From positions 1-32,645 of IMG/VR virus record IMGVR_UViG_3300020045_004057: a DNA stretch of 32,645 nt, one strand, 5' to 3'. The translations under genes and the position numbers were made by a program. Shown in pieces: positions 1-9,072 of the stretch; position 1 is the first letter of the stretch, and every line of letters starts with the position of its first letter. This DNA comes from a virus. Taxonomy: Duplodnaviria > Caudoviricetes. Below the pieces are notes generated by a model. It searched no databases, had not been told where the DNA came from, and worked only from the letters and a program-made list of their open reading frames with translations.

Positions 1-22
1 AAATGATTGGGGATATGAAAAT

Positions 23-1141
23 ATGAAAAACTTAGACTTGGATAAAACGGAAATCGAACTACAGGGTGAAATGAAAGTCGCAATGGAAAAGGGCGATTTT
101 GAAGGGTTTATGGGAACGCAGCTTGCAATGTCTAAAATTGTTGAAGCTAGAATTTTAAAAGAAGCTAAACAATCAGTTGGTGAAAATTACAATGATCAAG
201 CAGTAATGATCAAGCGTGGCCTTGGTGAATTAACCACAGCTGAGACAAAATATTACAATGAAGTAATTGGCGCTGCTGGATTCGCTGGAACTGAAGCGAT
301 CATGCCTGCAACTGTATTTGAACGTGTTTTTGAATATTTGGCCGCCAATCATGCGCTGCTATCTGAAATCAATTTCGTAAATACTACTGCAACCACTGAA
401 TTTATCAGTCGTAATAATGATGTTGTTGCTGCATGGTGGGGTACACTAACCGCTGCTATCACCAAAGAATTGGAAATGGCGTTTAAGAAAGAACAAACCA
501 GCCTCTACAAACTGTCAGCATTTATCCCTGTTTGTAAATCTATGCTCGACCTTGGGCCACAATGGTTAGATCGTTTTGTTCGTGAGGTGTTAGCAGAATC
601 AATGGCAATTGCTTTAGAACTTGCTATCGTTGCTGGTTCAGGTAAAGAACAACCAATCGGTATGATTAAAGATCTAGATGGTGCGGTAGTTGCTGGCGTA
701 TATCCTAGCAAAACAGCCACAGTATTAAACGATCTTACCCCTGCTAGTCTTGGTGAATTGATTATGTCTCCATTAACCAAGGATGGCAAACGTGCAGTAC
801 CTAGCGTGCTAATCGTTGTTAACCCACTTGATTACTGGTCAAAGATTTTCCCTAATACCACTGTGATGAGCGCAGCAGGTACTTATGTATATGGCGTATT
901 GCCTATCCCTGCAAAAATCGTACAGTCGGTAGCGGTGCCACAGGGTACGCTAATTGCTGGCATGGCTAAAGACTATTTTATGGGTGTGGGCTCTACCCAA
1001 AAAATCGAATTTAGCGATCAGTACAGATTCTTAGAGGATGAACGCGTTTATCTTGCCAAGCAGTACGGCAATGGCAAACCTATGGACAATGATTCATTCT
1101 TAGTGTTCAATATTTCGGCAATGACTATTCCTACTGTCTAG
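23..1141 (+). CDS. Major capsid protein, HK97 family
   Basis: 372 aa; HK97-fold-like motifs (IMPATVFERVF, LGPQWLDRFVREVLAE, GSGKEQPIG); upstream of head-tail genes. Confidence 0.92.
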   Translation: MKNLDLDKTEIELQGEMKVAMEKGDFEGFMGTQLAMSKIVEARILKEAKQSVGENYNDQAVMIKRGLGELTTAETKYYNEVIGAAGFAGTEAIMPATVFERVFEYLAANHALLSEINFVNTTATTEFISRNNDVVAAWWGTLTAAITKELEMAFKKEQTSLYKLSAFIPVCKSMLDLGPQWLDRFVREVLAESMAIALELAIVAGSGKEQPIGMIKDLDGAVVAGVYPSKTATVLNDLTPASLGELIMSPLTKDGKRAVPSVLIVVNPLDYWSKIFPNTTVMSAAGTYVYGVLPIPAKIVQSVAVPQGTLIAGMAKDYFMGVGSTQKIEFSDQYRFLEDERVYLAKQYGNGKPMDNDSFLVFNISAMTIPTV

Positions 1142-1151
1142 GAGGTAAACC

Positions 1152-1313
1152 ATGAAAGCTACAGTGATTAAAGTGTTTAGAAATAAAGAAACTGGCATTG
1201 TCAATGAGGTAGGCCAGGAAGTTGAATTGACTAAAAAACGGTATGAGGAAATAAACTCTGCCGTTTTTGGCCCATTCGTTGAAAAAGTAAAAGCCACTAA
1301 AGAAGGTGGCTAA
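1152..1313 (+). CDS. Small capsid-associated hypothetical protein (53 aa, not in ORF track)
   Basis: AGGAGG RBS then ATG 1152; MKATVIKVFRNKETGIVNEVGQEVELTKKRYEEINS...; fills the gap exactly between capsid and connector genes. Confidence 0.8.
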   Translation: MKATVIKVFRNKETGIVNEVGQEVELTKKRYEEINSAVFGPFVEKVKATKEGG

Positions 1314-1583
1314 ATGCTTGATGAACTCAAAGATGCGTTAGGCATTACCGGGACAGATCAAGATACCATGTTAAACAAAATCATCTTGCGTGGTACAGCA
1401 AAAATTGAAGGTTTGGCGGGGTTGACTTTAAACTTTACGCTTGAGGGTAGCCCCAAATACCTTTTATTAAATTATTGCCGTTATGATTATAATAATGCGC
1501 CTGAGTATTTTGAGGAAAACTTTAAATCTGAAATATTGAGGATGCAATTACAGGCGGCGGTGATTGATAATGTTGTTGTCTAA
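1314..1583 (+). CDS. Head-tail connector protein (HK97 gp6/SPP1 gp15-like)
   Basis: MLDELKDALGI..D..L, LLLNYCRYDYN motifs; size and position. Confidence 0.85.
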   Translation: MLDELKDALGITGTDQDTMLNKIILRGTAKIEGLAGLTLNFTLEGSPKYLLLNYCRYDYNNAPEYFEENFKSEILRMQLQAAVIDNVVV

Positions 1584-1914
1584 AGCTGATGCAATGAAAG
1601 CTGTCAATAAAAAGTATGCTGATAAAGTTACCTTGCAAGAATCGGTAAAGGTTGCTGATGGGGCCGGGGGCTATAAAACATCGTGGGTAAGTCGTGGAAT
1701 CATATGGTGTGAGTTTAGAAAGCCGTCTTTAAAAACAGAAGTTGTTGCAGGTGCTATTTCCAGCGTTTTAATTAAGGAAATTGGTATTAGGTATAGGGCT
1801 GATGTAAAAAAAGGCTGGCAAGTGTTGTATGGGGCTAAGGTGTTTAGTATTGAACATACTTACGACTATGGGAAAGAGACTACAATCCTTGTTTGCAAGG
1901 AAGTGATAAAGTGA
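1570..1914 (+). CDS. Head closure / head-tail adaptor (SPP1 gp16-like)
   Basis: DGAGGYKTSW and IRYRADV motifs; ATG 1570 preferred over TTG 1564. Confidence 0.85.
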   Translation: MLLSKADAMKAVNKKYADKVTLQESVKVADGAGGYKTSWVSRGIIWCEFRKPSLKTEVVAGAISSVLIKEIGIRYRADVKKGWQVLYGAKVFSIEHTYDYGKETTILVCKEVIK

Positions 1915-2318
1915 GTATCGGTAAATCTTATACTATTGGCGGGAAAAACGTTGATTATAGTGACAATAGGTTAACCATTGAATTTGACAGGCCAAGTGTT
2001 AGACAAGCGTTAGGAAATTTCAGTAATTACGATGCTAAAACTAGGCGTAAAATCGCTAAAGCTGTTGAAAAATCAATGAAGGAAATAGAACGAGGGGCCA
2101 AAAGTCGAGTACCTGTTAGGACAAGTGAGTTGAAAAAACATATAACGGCTAGTTTCGATCCTGTAACGATGAAAGGATCAATTACTGCCAATACTTTCTA
2201 TGCTCATTTTAGCGAGTTTGGAACTGAAACTGAAAAAGCCCAACCATACATGCGACCAGCCTATGAGTCGGAACGGCCTAACCTTATTAAAGGGATTAAG
2301 GATGCGGTGCAACTATGA
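1911..2318 (+). CDS. HK97 gp10-like neck/tail component
   Basis: AKSRVPVRT, YAHFSEFGT, AQPYMRPA motifs; GTGA overlap with the previous stop. Confidence 0.85.
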   Translation: MSIGKSYTIGGKNVDYSDNRLTIEFDRPSVRQALGNFSNYDAKTRRKIAKAVEKSMKEIERGAKSRVPVRTSELKKHITASFDPVTMKGSITANTFYAHFSEFGTETEKAQPYMRPAYESERPNLIKGIKDAVQL

Positions 2319-2713
2319 TAAAACGTATACCACTAGCAGCCTTGCAAAAGGCATTGTATAGGACGTTGACCGATTGCCAAACAACACCTGTTTATAATTC
2401 AATTCTAGCTGATTCTGTTTTACCGTTAATAAAAATCGGCGCGTTTACATGTAAGCCGAATGGCAGTAAAGATACTGATATTTCCGATGTATCAACCCAG
2501 ATACAAATATTTTCTAACTATGCAGGATCGTTAGAAGTTAACGAAATAGCGAATGACGTAATACATGTGATCGGTGCGGTTGATCTTGATTTGTCTACAG
2601 ATGGGTTTAAATTAATTAGCCAGTCGTATGATTTTTTCGAGTCATTTGAAGACGCAAATGGGTATAGCGCGATAATTACTTTCGTCGCAAAAATACAAAA
2701 TATAGGGGGATAA
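2315..2713 (+). CDS. Tail completion/terminator protein (DUF3168-like)
   Basis: LQKALYRTL N-terminus, size, position before the major tail gene. Confidence 0.75.
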   Translation: MIKRIPLAALQKALYRTLTDCQTTPVYNSILADSVLPLIKIGAFTCKPNGSKDTDISDVSTQIQIFSNYAGSLEVNEIANDVIHVIGAVDLDLSTDGFKLISQSYDFFESFEDANGYSAIITFVAKIQNIGG

Positions 2714-2719
2714 AATATA

Positions 2720-3433
2720 ATGTCAGTAACATTACCGGTAAATCCTAGTACGTCCGTTGCAACATTGGGTAAGGATTATCTATTATACGTCAACACGGGA
2801 ACGGCAGCGGTGCCTATATGGACACTGATTGGTGGTCAGCGTGGCGGCTCACTTGGTCGGTCGGCTGATTCGATTGATGTATCTAGTAAGACCTCCAATG
2901 GGTGGAAATCGGCTCTTGCAGGATTACGGAGTTGGAGTGTCGATCTTGATGGTTTAGTGATGTTACAGGATTTAGGCTTGCAAGTTCTAGATCAAGCATT
3001 CATGGCTGGCTCTGAAGTAAATATAAGATTTGTTTACCCCGACGCTACATTCCAAGGCGGATGGGGCAGCATAACTGATTTTAGCTTAGACGCTCCGCAC
3101 GATGGTGAAGCGAGTTTAAAGGGGACTATTGAAGGAAATGGAGCATTAGATTCTAGAATTGTTGATGCGATTATTCCATTAACAGCTACATTTAGTAAGG
3201 CAGCTCCTATCGCGAAGGTGTTTAATATTACGCCGCTTAATACATTAATTAATAGTGTTGAGGTTAATGACGTAGCGTTAACGGTTACGACTCATTATAC
3301 TTATGTTTCTGCTACAGGCGTATTAACACTTACTGCAGCTTATATGTCTGGATTATCAAATGGAACATATATCGTATTTGTGGATATTCAAAATGGTGGA
3401 GACGTTTCCGTTACTCTTACAGTTACAACATAA
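2720..3433 (+). CDS. Major tail protein (TP901-1 type) with C-terminal Ig-like/X2-like domain
   Basis: GKDYLLYV, GGQRGGSL, IDVSSK, GLRSWSVDLDG, EGNGAL motifs; about 85-aa beta-rich C-terminal extension. Confidence 0.88.
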   Translation: MSVTLPVNPSTSVATLGKDYLLYVNTGTAAVPIWTLIGGQRGGSLGRSADSIDVSSKTSNGWKSALAGLRSWSVDLDGLVMLQDLGLQVLDQAFMAGSEVNIRFVYPDATFQGGWGSITDFSLDAPHDGEASLKGTIEGNGALDSRIVDAIIPLTATFSKAAPIAKVFNITPLNTLINSVEVNDVALTVTTHYTYVSATGVLTLTAAYMSGLSNGTYIVFVDIQNGGDVSVTLTVTT

Positions 3434-3493
3434 ATTACAGCCGTGAGTGAGGGCTTAAACTCACTCTATTAAATTATAAGGGGATTATTAAAT

Positions 3494-3874
3494 ATGAAAA
3501 AAACAATTAACTTTGATTTGTTCGAGAAGGGGCAATCAATCTATTTTGATATATTAAGACTGGCTGAACTTGAAAAAGCATTAGGTATGCCAATTACCGC
3601 GATTATTACCCGGCAGGAAACAGGCATAGGCTTTTGTCTAACAGCTCTTAGAATCGGCATGAAACAGCATTATCGCAGAGGGACAGAAGAGTTTTATGCT
3701 GATCTTATGGAAAAGCATTTTGATAATGATGGAACTCTTGAAGATATTTTAGTACCAATTATTCGCGCTCTGATGGCAAGCGGTGTATTCGGCAAAGAAG
3801 CTATCGAGAAGATTGAAAAGAAAGTTGCTGACGACCAAGAAGCCGATGTAGAGGATACCAAAAAAAACGCATAG
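3494..3874 (+). CDS. Tail assembly chaperone (gpG-like)
   Basis: Lies between the major tail and tape measure genes; ends ...DTKKNA at an A AAA AAC slippery site. Confidence 0.8.
   Translation: MKKTINFDLFEKGQSIYFDILRLAELEKALGMPITAIITRQETGIGFCLTALRIGMKQHYRRGTEEFYADLMEKHFDNDGTLEDILVPIIRALMASGVFGKEAIEKIEKKVADDQEADVEDTKKNA
3862..3868 (+). other. Programmed -1 ribosomal frameshift site A AAA AAC
   Basis: Heptamer in the correct phase; the -1 frame is open (RIDGNGKAHSFYDW) into ORF 3910..4194. Confidence 0.85.
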
Positions 3875-4194
3875 ATGGTAATGGGAAAGCCCATTCCTTT
3901 TATGATTGGTTGGAATGGGCTGAACCTATTGCCTATGGTCCATTAAACTTAATGCCTGGTGCATTTGAACAATTGCAACCTCATGAATTTGTTGATCTAT
4001 GGGATGGTTACAAGTGGCGGCAAGAACAAGAAGAAAACAGGCTTGCATATTTTACAGCCTGTCAAATGTCGGTGCATACCAGTAAGCCTGTATCGCCTAA
4101 AGACTTGTTAAAACCATTGCGACAGACAGTTAAACAACGGGATAGGAAAGATGATGAGGAGTATTTTAAGGAGAAGTTTAAGAATGCGCTGTAA
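3868..4194 (+). CDS. Tail assembly chaperone frameshift extension (gpGT C-terminal part)
   Basis: WAEPIAYGPLNL..LQPHEF..GYKWR; reached via the -1 shift. Confidence 0.78.
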   Translation, partial: RIDGNGKAHSFYDWLEWAEPIAYGPLNLMPGAFEQLQPHEFVDLWDGYKWRQEQEENRLAYFTACQMSVHTSKPVSPKDLLKPLRQTVKQRDRKDDEEYFKEKFKNAL

Positions 4195-4216
4195 ATAAAA
4201 ACCGCCATAAGGCGGC
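4193..4216 (-). terminator. Rho-independent terminator of the antisense moron
   Basis: Minus strand reads GCCGCC-TTAT-GGCGGT-TTTTATTT directly after the stop at 4222. Confidence 0.7.
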
Positions 4217-4221
4217 TAAAG

Positions 4222-4812
4222 TCAGTCTGCATGTTTTATCATTACTGATGTATCAAGTGTTAATTCTTCTAATGCTTTACCTAGTGCCTCTCTGTACGCC
4301 TTATCGAACGATGGAACGCCCATGTAAACGGCAGTACTTGATCCATCTTTGATTATTTGCTTGCTGGTAAGGTATTTGCCAGTATTAATATCTAACAATC
4401 TAACATCACATGTTACGGTTGTTCTAAAGGTAATGGAAAAAAGTCCAGAACTGACGCGCGGAGCATCGTTAGTAATAATTATAAATAATGCATAATCACA
4501 GTTAAGTCCTTTTGATATTTTTTGTATATCCTCACGATTAACCGGCTGGGAGTAATATTGATTTACAACCATTCGGTTATCTTCTTTATATGTCCTTAAT
4601 TCCATTGATGTCATATCGAATGGTAGGACATTAAAATAACCTGCAGGAAATAAACTTTTCGCTTTTTCAGGAACTGTTTTTCTGACCGTCTCGTTATTGA
4701 CAAACGTTACCGGGGCTTCCATGAAAATTCCTATTGTGGTTTTGTCGTTGGGAGCCGCACTAGTGCAAGGCATTATTAGCATAATAAATAATACAATTAA
4801 TATTTTCTGCAT
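4222..4812 (-). CDS. Secreted moron protein with CsgG/TolB-N/LpoB-like alpha/beta fold
   Basis: AAGGAG RBS 8 nt before ATG 4812; signal peptide MQKILIVLFIMLIMPCTSAA; DVRLLDINTGK motif. Confidence 0.7.
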   Translation of the reverse strand: MQKILIVLFIMLIMPCTSAAPNDKTTIGIFMEAPVTFVNNETVRKTVPEKAKSLFPAGYFNVLPFDMTSMELRTYKEDNRMVVNQYYSQPVNREDIQKISKGLNCDYALFIIITNDAPRVSSGLFSITFRTTVTCDVRLLDINTGKYLTSKQIIKDGSSTAVYMGVPSFDKAYREALGKALEELTLDTSVMIKHAD

Positions 4813-4834
4813 ACAAAACACTCCTTTTTATTCC

Positions 4835-4863
4835 AGTTTATACAGTTTGTCTAAAATTATCAA
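4835..4863 (-). promoter_or_regulatory. Sigma-A/70-type promoter of the moron
   Basis: TTGATA-17 nt-TAAACT on the minus strand. Confidence 0.55.
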
Positions 4864-4883
4864 TAAATATCTTTAGTTAGGAG

Positions 4884-7800
4884 GTGATGATAATTGCAAC
4901 AATAGCACAATTAATGGTTAGTGTCGGAATGGATTTAAGTGGATTCAATCGCGGAAATAATGAGGTTAAAGGCAGTTTAAAAAGCCTAGTCGGTGATATT
5001 GCTAAAATATCGGCGGCGGCAATGGCCGGGGTAGCGGTAGCATTAGCCCCCATTGCATCATACGGACTTAAAATATCTAGCGATATGCAACAGGCTAAGA
5101 TTAGCATGGAAACAATGCTGGGTAGCACTGAAAAAGCAGATGCCATGATTAAAGATTTATGGGCGTTTGCGGCATCTACCCCTTTTGAATTTAACCAATT
5201 ACAGACAGCCACAAAAAGAATGTTGGCATTTGGGTTTAGTGCCGAGGATATCATACCGGATTTAACGGCGGTTGGAAATGCGGCGGCTGGTTTAGGAGTT
5301 GGGGCAGAGGGTGTAAATAGGATAACCCTTGCTTTAGGTCAGATGAAAGCTAAGTCAAAGGTTTCCGGTGATGAAATGTTACAATTGACGGAGGCTGGAA
5401 TCCCAGCATGGGGCATACTAGCCGAATCAATAGGCAAATCAACCGCCGAAGTCATGAAGTTAGCTGAGAAAGGCGTAATCCCTGCCGATCAAGCGATACA
5501 AGCATTGTTGGCTGGTATGTCAGAAAAGTTCCCTAATATGATGGAAAAACAATCAAAATCAATGGAAGGGCTGTTTTCTACATTAAAAGATAATGTCACT
5601 ATTGTATTGATTGAGTTATTTAAACCTGCCGTACAATGGCTAACAGACGTAGGACTCCCAAAACTCATTGAAATGACAGGTAATTTTTCCGATACCATAA
5701 AGAATGGCGGCAGTATAACCGAAGCAATTAATTCCATGTTTAGCGGTGGCTTTGACGGTGTTTTATCTCAAATGGGCGTTGTTGGCGAAATGTTACAAAG
5801 CATAGGTAACGCTATTTCATGGGCGAAGGACAACGCTAACCTATTAATACCTGTATTGATAGAATTGGCGGCGGCATTTGTCGCATTGCAGATCATACAA
5901 AGTATATTAGGGCCAATTGAAGCACTTGTTGTTGCTGGAATTGTTCTTGTTAGTGTGATTTCGGCAATTTGTATAGCCATGGGCAATATGGCGGCGGCGG
6001 CGGCAATAGCTCCAATTCTTGCAGAATTAATTGCTGTATTCATGGGGCTAACAATGATATCTGTATATGTTGCTATAGCGGTTTTGGCAATAGGAGCATT
6101 AATAGCTATAGGATACCTGCTTTACGACAATTGGGAACCAATCAAAGCATGGTTTATCGGACTATGGAACGATATAGTTTCATTTGTATCAGACAATATT
6201 ATGGTTCTATGTGCTTTATTCCCCATGCTTGGACTAGCGGCATATGTAATATACGAATATTGGGGTGATGCGGTAAATGCCGCCAATAGGGTAATTACTT
6301 GGCTTGCAGAACAAGTTGCATGGGCAACAGATAAGATTATAAACAACTTTCAATGGTATTTAAAAATGTGGGATGATTTTGTGGGATGGGCTAAGCAAGG
6401 TGTAGCAGATTTTAAAGTCTACCTATCTGATTTAGTTGATTCATTTATTCCTCAGTGGGCTAGTTCGATGCTTAGTGGTGTTCAGTCGTTGGGTCAAAAA
6501 TTAGCTTCAAAGACCGCTGAAATCGGAAAGGCTATGCGAAATAACCTAACAATAGGAACTGTATCTACAGAGGTAAAAGATATCCCTTATAGTTCTGAAA
6601 ATCCCGACTTTACAGGTGGAACAGGGAGCACGGTTTATGGTCCATCGGCAGCACCAGCCGGAATTAAAGCCCCCGACTGGTCAAGTGCTGATTTTACTGG
6701 TGGTGGAACAAGCGGTGGTGGATCAGGCGGTGGCGGTAGTGGAGTATCTGATGAAAAAAAAGCGGCAAATGATGCTGCAAAGGCTTTTGAAGATTTGCAA
6801 AAGGCCGCAAAAGCCACTAGTGACTCCATAAAATCAGAGTGGATCAGCTTAACTGGTACGCAAATGGACGCGCTCAATAATTGGCATGACAAGGAACTTG
6901 ACGATTTAAATAAATCAGCTTCAGCTAATGAAAATTATACTAATGACCTTTCGAGATTAGATGAAATTTACGCAGCCAAAAAGAAAAAAATCCTAGAAGA
7001 TCAGCAAAAAGACTCCAATTCTGTTTGGGATAAAGCCTTGTCTGATGCAAAATCACTAAGCGATCAACTAGCAGAAATCAATCTAACTGGTGGCAGTAAG
7101 CTAAAATTTGATCTAGAGTCTGATGCAATTGGCAAAATAACTGAAATAAAACAGTCGGCCCGCGATGTGGAACAAGATTATTTGTCTATTACAAATGAAA
7201 TGAAATTACAATCCATTGAAGCGTGGACAGCGAACGGCAAGCAATTTACCATAACCAAGAATGGAATGAAAATTGATGCTGCTGAGTTGGCGGCAAGTGT
7301 TATTGCTGGTACGGCTAATATGTCAAATACTCAGGTGGATTTATCACAGGACACAGCAACAAGAATAAAAGCTATTAATGATAAATTAGCAATTGATACT
7401 AATAATAATTATGCATCTTGCAAGGATATTCAGGCTAATATTGATGCAGCATTTGCAGTAAACAGCATGGCTAACTTGCAAAAAACTCTCACTACTGAAA
7501 ACGCAATGAAATTAAGCAGCTATGCAGCTCAACAATCAATGATGGAGACGTATCAAGCGGCGTTTTTAGCAGCTCATTCGACTACGGCTCAGTTAGTTGC
7601 CGATTTATATTCGGGCGCGTTTGGTGGGTTACAAACCGCACTGTCTGGGATATTTGACGGTACTAAAAGTGTTAGCGATGCGTTTAAAGGATTAGGACAG
7701 ACGATGTTAAAAGTTGTTACTGATTATGCAGCTAAGTGGTTAGCAAGTAGACTAATGATGGCTGTATTCGGCAAAACAACAATGGCAGCCGAAACAGCTG

Positions 7801-8330
7801 CAAGCATGGCAGCCGGGGTAGCAACAGCAGTGGCGTGGGCACCAGCTGCGGCAATGGTATCGCTGGCGAGTTTCGGAGCAAATTCGGCACCGGCTATGGC
7901 GGGAATAGCCGCAACTACTGCATTAAGCGCGGGACTAGCAATTGCAGGGCTTGCGACTGGTGGACCAGTGAATGGACCAGGAACAGGCACCTCTGACAGC
8001 ATTCTTACGTGGTTATCTAACGGTGAGTATGTAATAAAAGCTGATGCGGTTAGATCGCTAGGACTTGGCACATTGGATACTCTGAATACTGGTAAAATGC
8101 CTGCATATGCAACTGGCGGGTTAGTGACTGGTAGGTCGTTATCTTCTGTGGGATCTAGTGGATATAATACTAGTATTGATAGCCGTAACGTTGGTAATTC
8201 GGTAGGTGGTCAACCATCGACCATAGCTGTCACCCAAAACAACTACGGAGACATTAACACTGATGCTGACTATGACCGCATGAACGAAGATTTTGGCGAC
8301 TTAATCCAAAGCGCATTGATGGGGGTGTAA
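4884..8330 (+). CDS. Tape measure protein
   Basis: 1148 aa; tape-measure domain (FAASTPFE, LGQMKAKSKVSGDEMLQL), W/F periodic repeats, C-terminal ATGG..GPGTGTSDSI..LSNGEYV; true start may be ATT 4893. Confidence 0.95.
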   Translation: MMIIATIAQLMVSVGMDLSGFNRGNNEVKGSLKSLVGDIAKISAAAMAGVAVALAPIASYGLKISSDMQQAKISMETMLGSTEKADAMIKDLWAFAASTPFEFNQLQTATKRMLAFGFSAEDIIPDLTAVGNAAAGLGVGAEGVNRITLALGQMKAKSKVSGDEMLQLTEAGIPAWGILAESIGKSTAEVMKLAEKGVIPADQAIQALLAGMSEKFPNMMEKQSKSMEGLFSTLKDNVTIVLIELFKPAVQWLTDVGLPKLIEMTGNFSDTIKNGGSITEAINSMFSGGFDGVLSQMGVVGEMLQSIGNAISWAKDNANLLIPVLIELAAAFVALQIIQSILGPIEALVVAGIVLVSVISAICIAMGNMAAAAAIAPILAELIAVFMGLTMISVYVAIAVLAIGALIAIGYLLYDNWEPIKAWFIGLWNDIVSFVSDNIMVLCALFPMLGLAAYVIYEYWGDAVNAANRVITWLAEQVAWATDKIINNFQWYLKMWDDFVGWAKQGVADFKVYLSDLVDSFIPQWASSMLSGVQSLGQKLASKTAEIGKAMRNNLTIGTVSTEVKDIPYSSENPDFTGGTGSTVYGPSAAPAGIKAPDWSSADFTGGGTSGGGSGGGGSGVSDEKKAANDAAKAFEDLQKAAKATSDSIKSEWISLTGTQMDALNNWHDKELDDLNKSASANENYTNDLSRLDEIYAAKKKKILEDQQKDSNSVWDKALSDAKSLSDQLAEINLTGGSKLKFDLESDAIGKITEIKQSARDVEQDYLSITNEMKLQSIEAWTANGKQFTITKNGMKIDAAELAASVIAGTANMSNTQVDLSQDTATRIKAINDKLAIDTNNNYASCKDIQANIDAAFAVNSMANLQKTLTTENAMKLSSYAAQQSMMETYQAAFLAAHSTTAQLVADLYSGAFGGLQTALSGIFDGTKSVSDAFKGLGQTMLKVVTDYAAKWLASRLMMAVFGKTTMAAETAASMAAGVATAVAWAPAAAMVSLASFGANSAPAMAGIAATTALSAGLAIAGLATGGPVNGPGTGTSDSILTWLSNGEYVIKADAVRSLGLGTLDTLNTGKMPAYATGGLVTGRSLSSVGSSGYNTSIDSRNVGNSVGGQPSTIAVTQNNYGDINTDADYDRMNEDFGDLIQSALMGV

Positions 8331-8331
8331 T

Positions 8332-9072
8332 ATGAAATTAGTCAAAGGATTATCTGAATACATTATGCCCTTATTAAGCTCATTAGATAAGGTTGAATTT
8401 AATCGACGCGCTAAATCTGAATCTAAGGCGTTACAACATGGTGGAATGTTGTCCGGTGATACGAATATCGACAGCAGGACCGTAAGCGTTGAGGTTATGC
8501 TTGATACGAGCACTGCTGCTGAATACCAGGCTCAAACGGATGAATTAAAACGGTACTCATACCGCAAAGATCAGAGACTTTATATTACAGACATGCGATA
8601 TATTAATGTTGCGTGTCTGTCTAAATATCAAGAGAGTTATTTCAATGGTTTTTATATGGTAAAGGGTACTGTTGATCTAACATTTTTGGCACTGGATCCA
8701 TTCTTTTATGATGATGCAATGACGGTTGTTGAAGAAATTATTACTGCATCACCTCATACATTTACAGTAAACAATCCGGGTAATATTGATACGCCGACAG
8801 TTATCACAATAACGGCTAATGCTTCAACGACTACAATTAGTTTTAAAAATACTTCAGACAATGATCGACGTTTTGATTATAACGATGTGCAAATGGTTGA
8901 TGGACAAGTATTAATTGTGGACGCTATTAACGGTACGGTACAGCGCGGGACCGATAACACCATTAATAATTTTGGTGGAACATTCTTAAATTTACTGCCT
9001 GGTGACAACTTATTAGAATACACTGGTGGTAATTGCACGATTGAAGTCAGTTATCCAGTGAGGTGGTTATAA
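8332..9072 (+). CDS. Distal tail protein (Dit)
   Basis: FLALDPFFY, NPGNIDT, FLNLLPGDN motifs; immediately after the tape measure gene. Confidence 0.85.
   Translation: MKLVKGLSEYIMPLLSSLDKVEFNRRAKSESKALQHGGMLSGDTNIDSRTVSVEVMLDTSTAAEYQAQTDELKRYSYRKDQRLYITDMRYINVACLSKYQESYFNGFYMVKGTVDLTFLALDPFFYDDAMTVVEEIITASPHTFTVNNPGNIDTPTVITITANASTTTISFKNTSDNDRRFDYNDVQMVDGQVLIVDAINGTVQRGTDNTINNFGGTFLNLLPGDNLLEYTGGNCTIEVSYPVRWL

Noticed and set aside
6695-6745. GGT/GGC-rich repeat
   Set aside because: Encodes an ordinary Gly/Ser linker in the tape measure protein
4877-8513. Multiple minus-strand and alternate-frame ORFs within the tape measure and Dit genes
   Set aside because: Shadows of an Ala/Gly-rich gene with no expression signals
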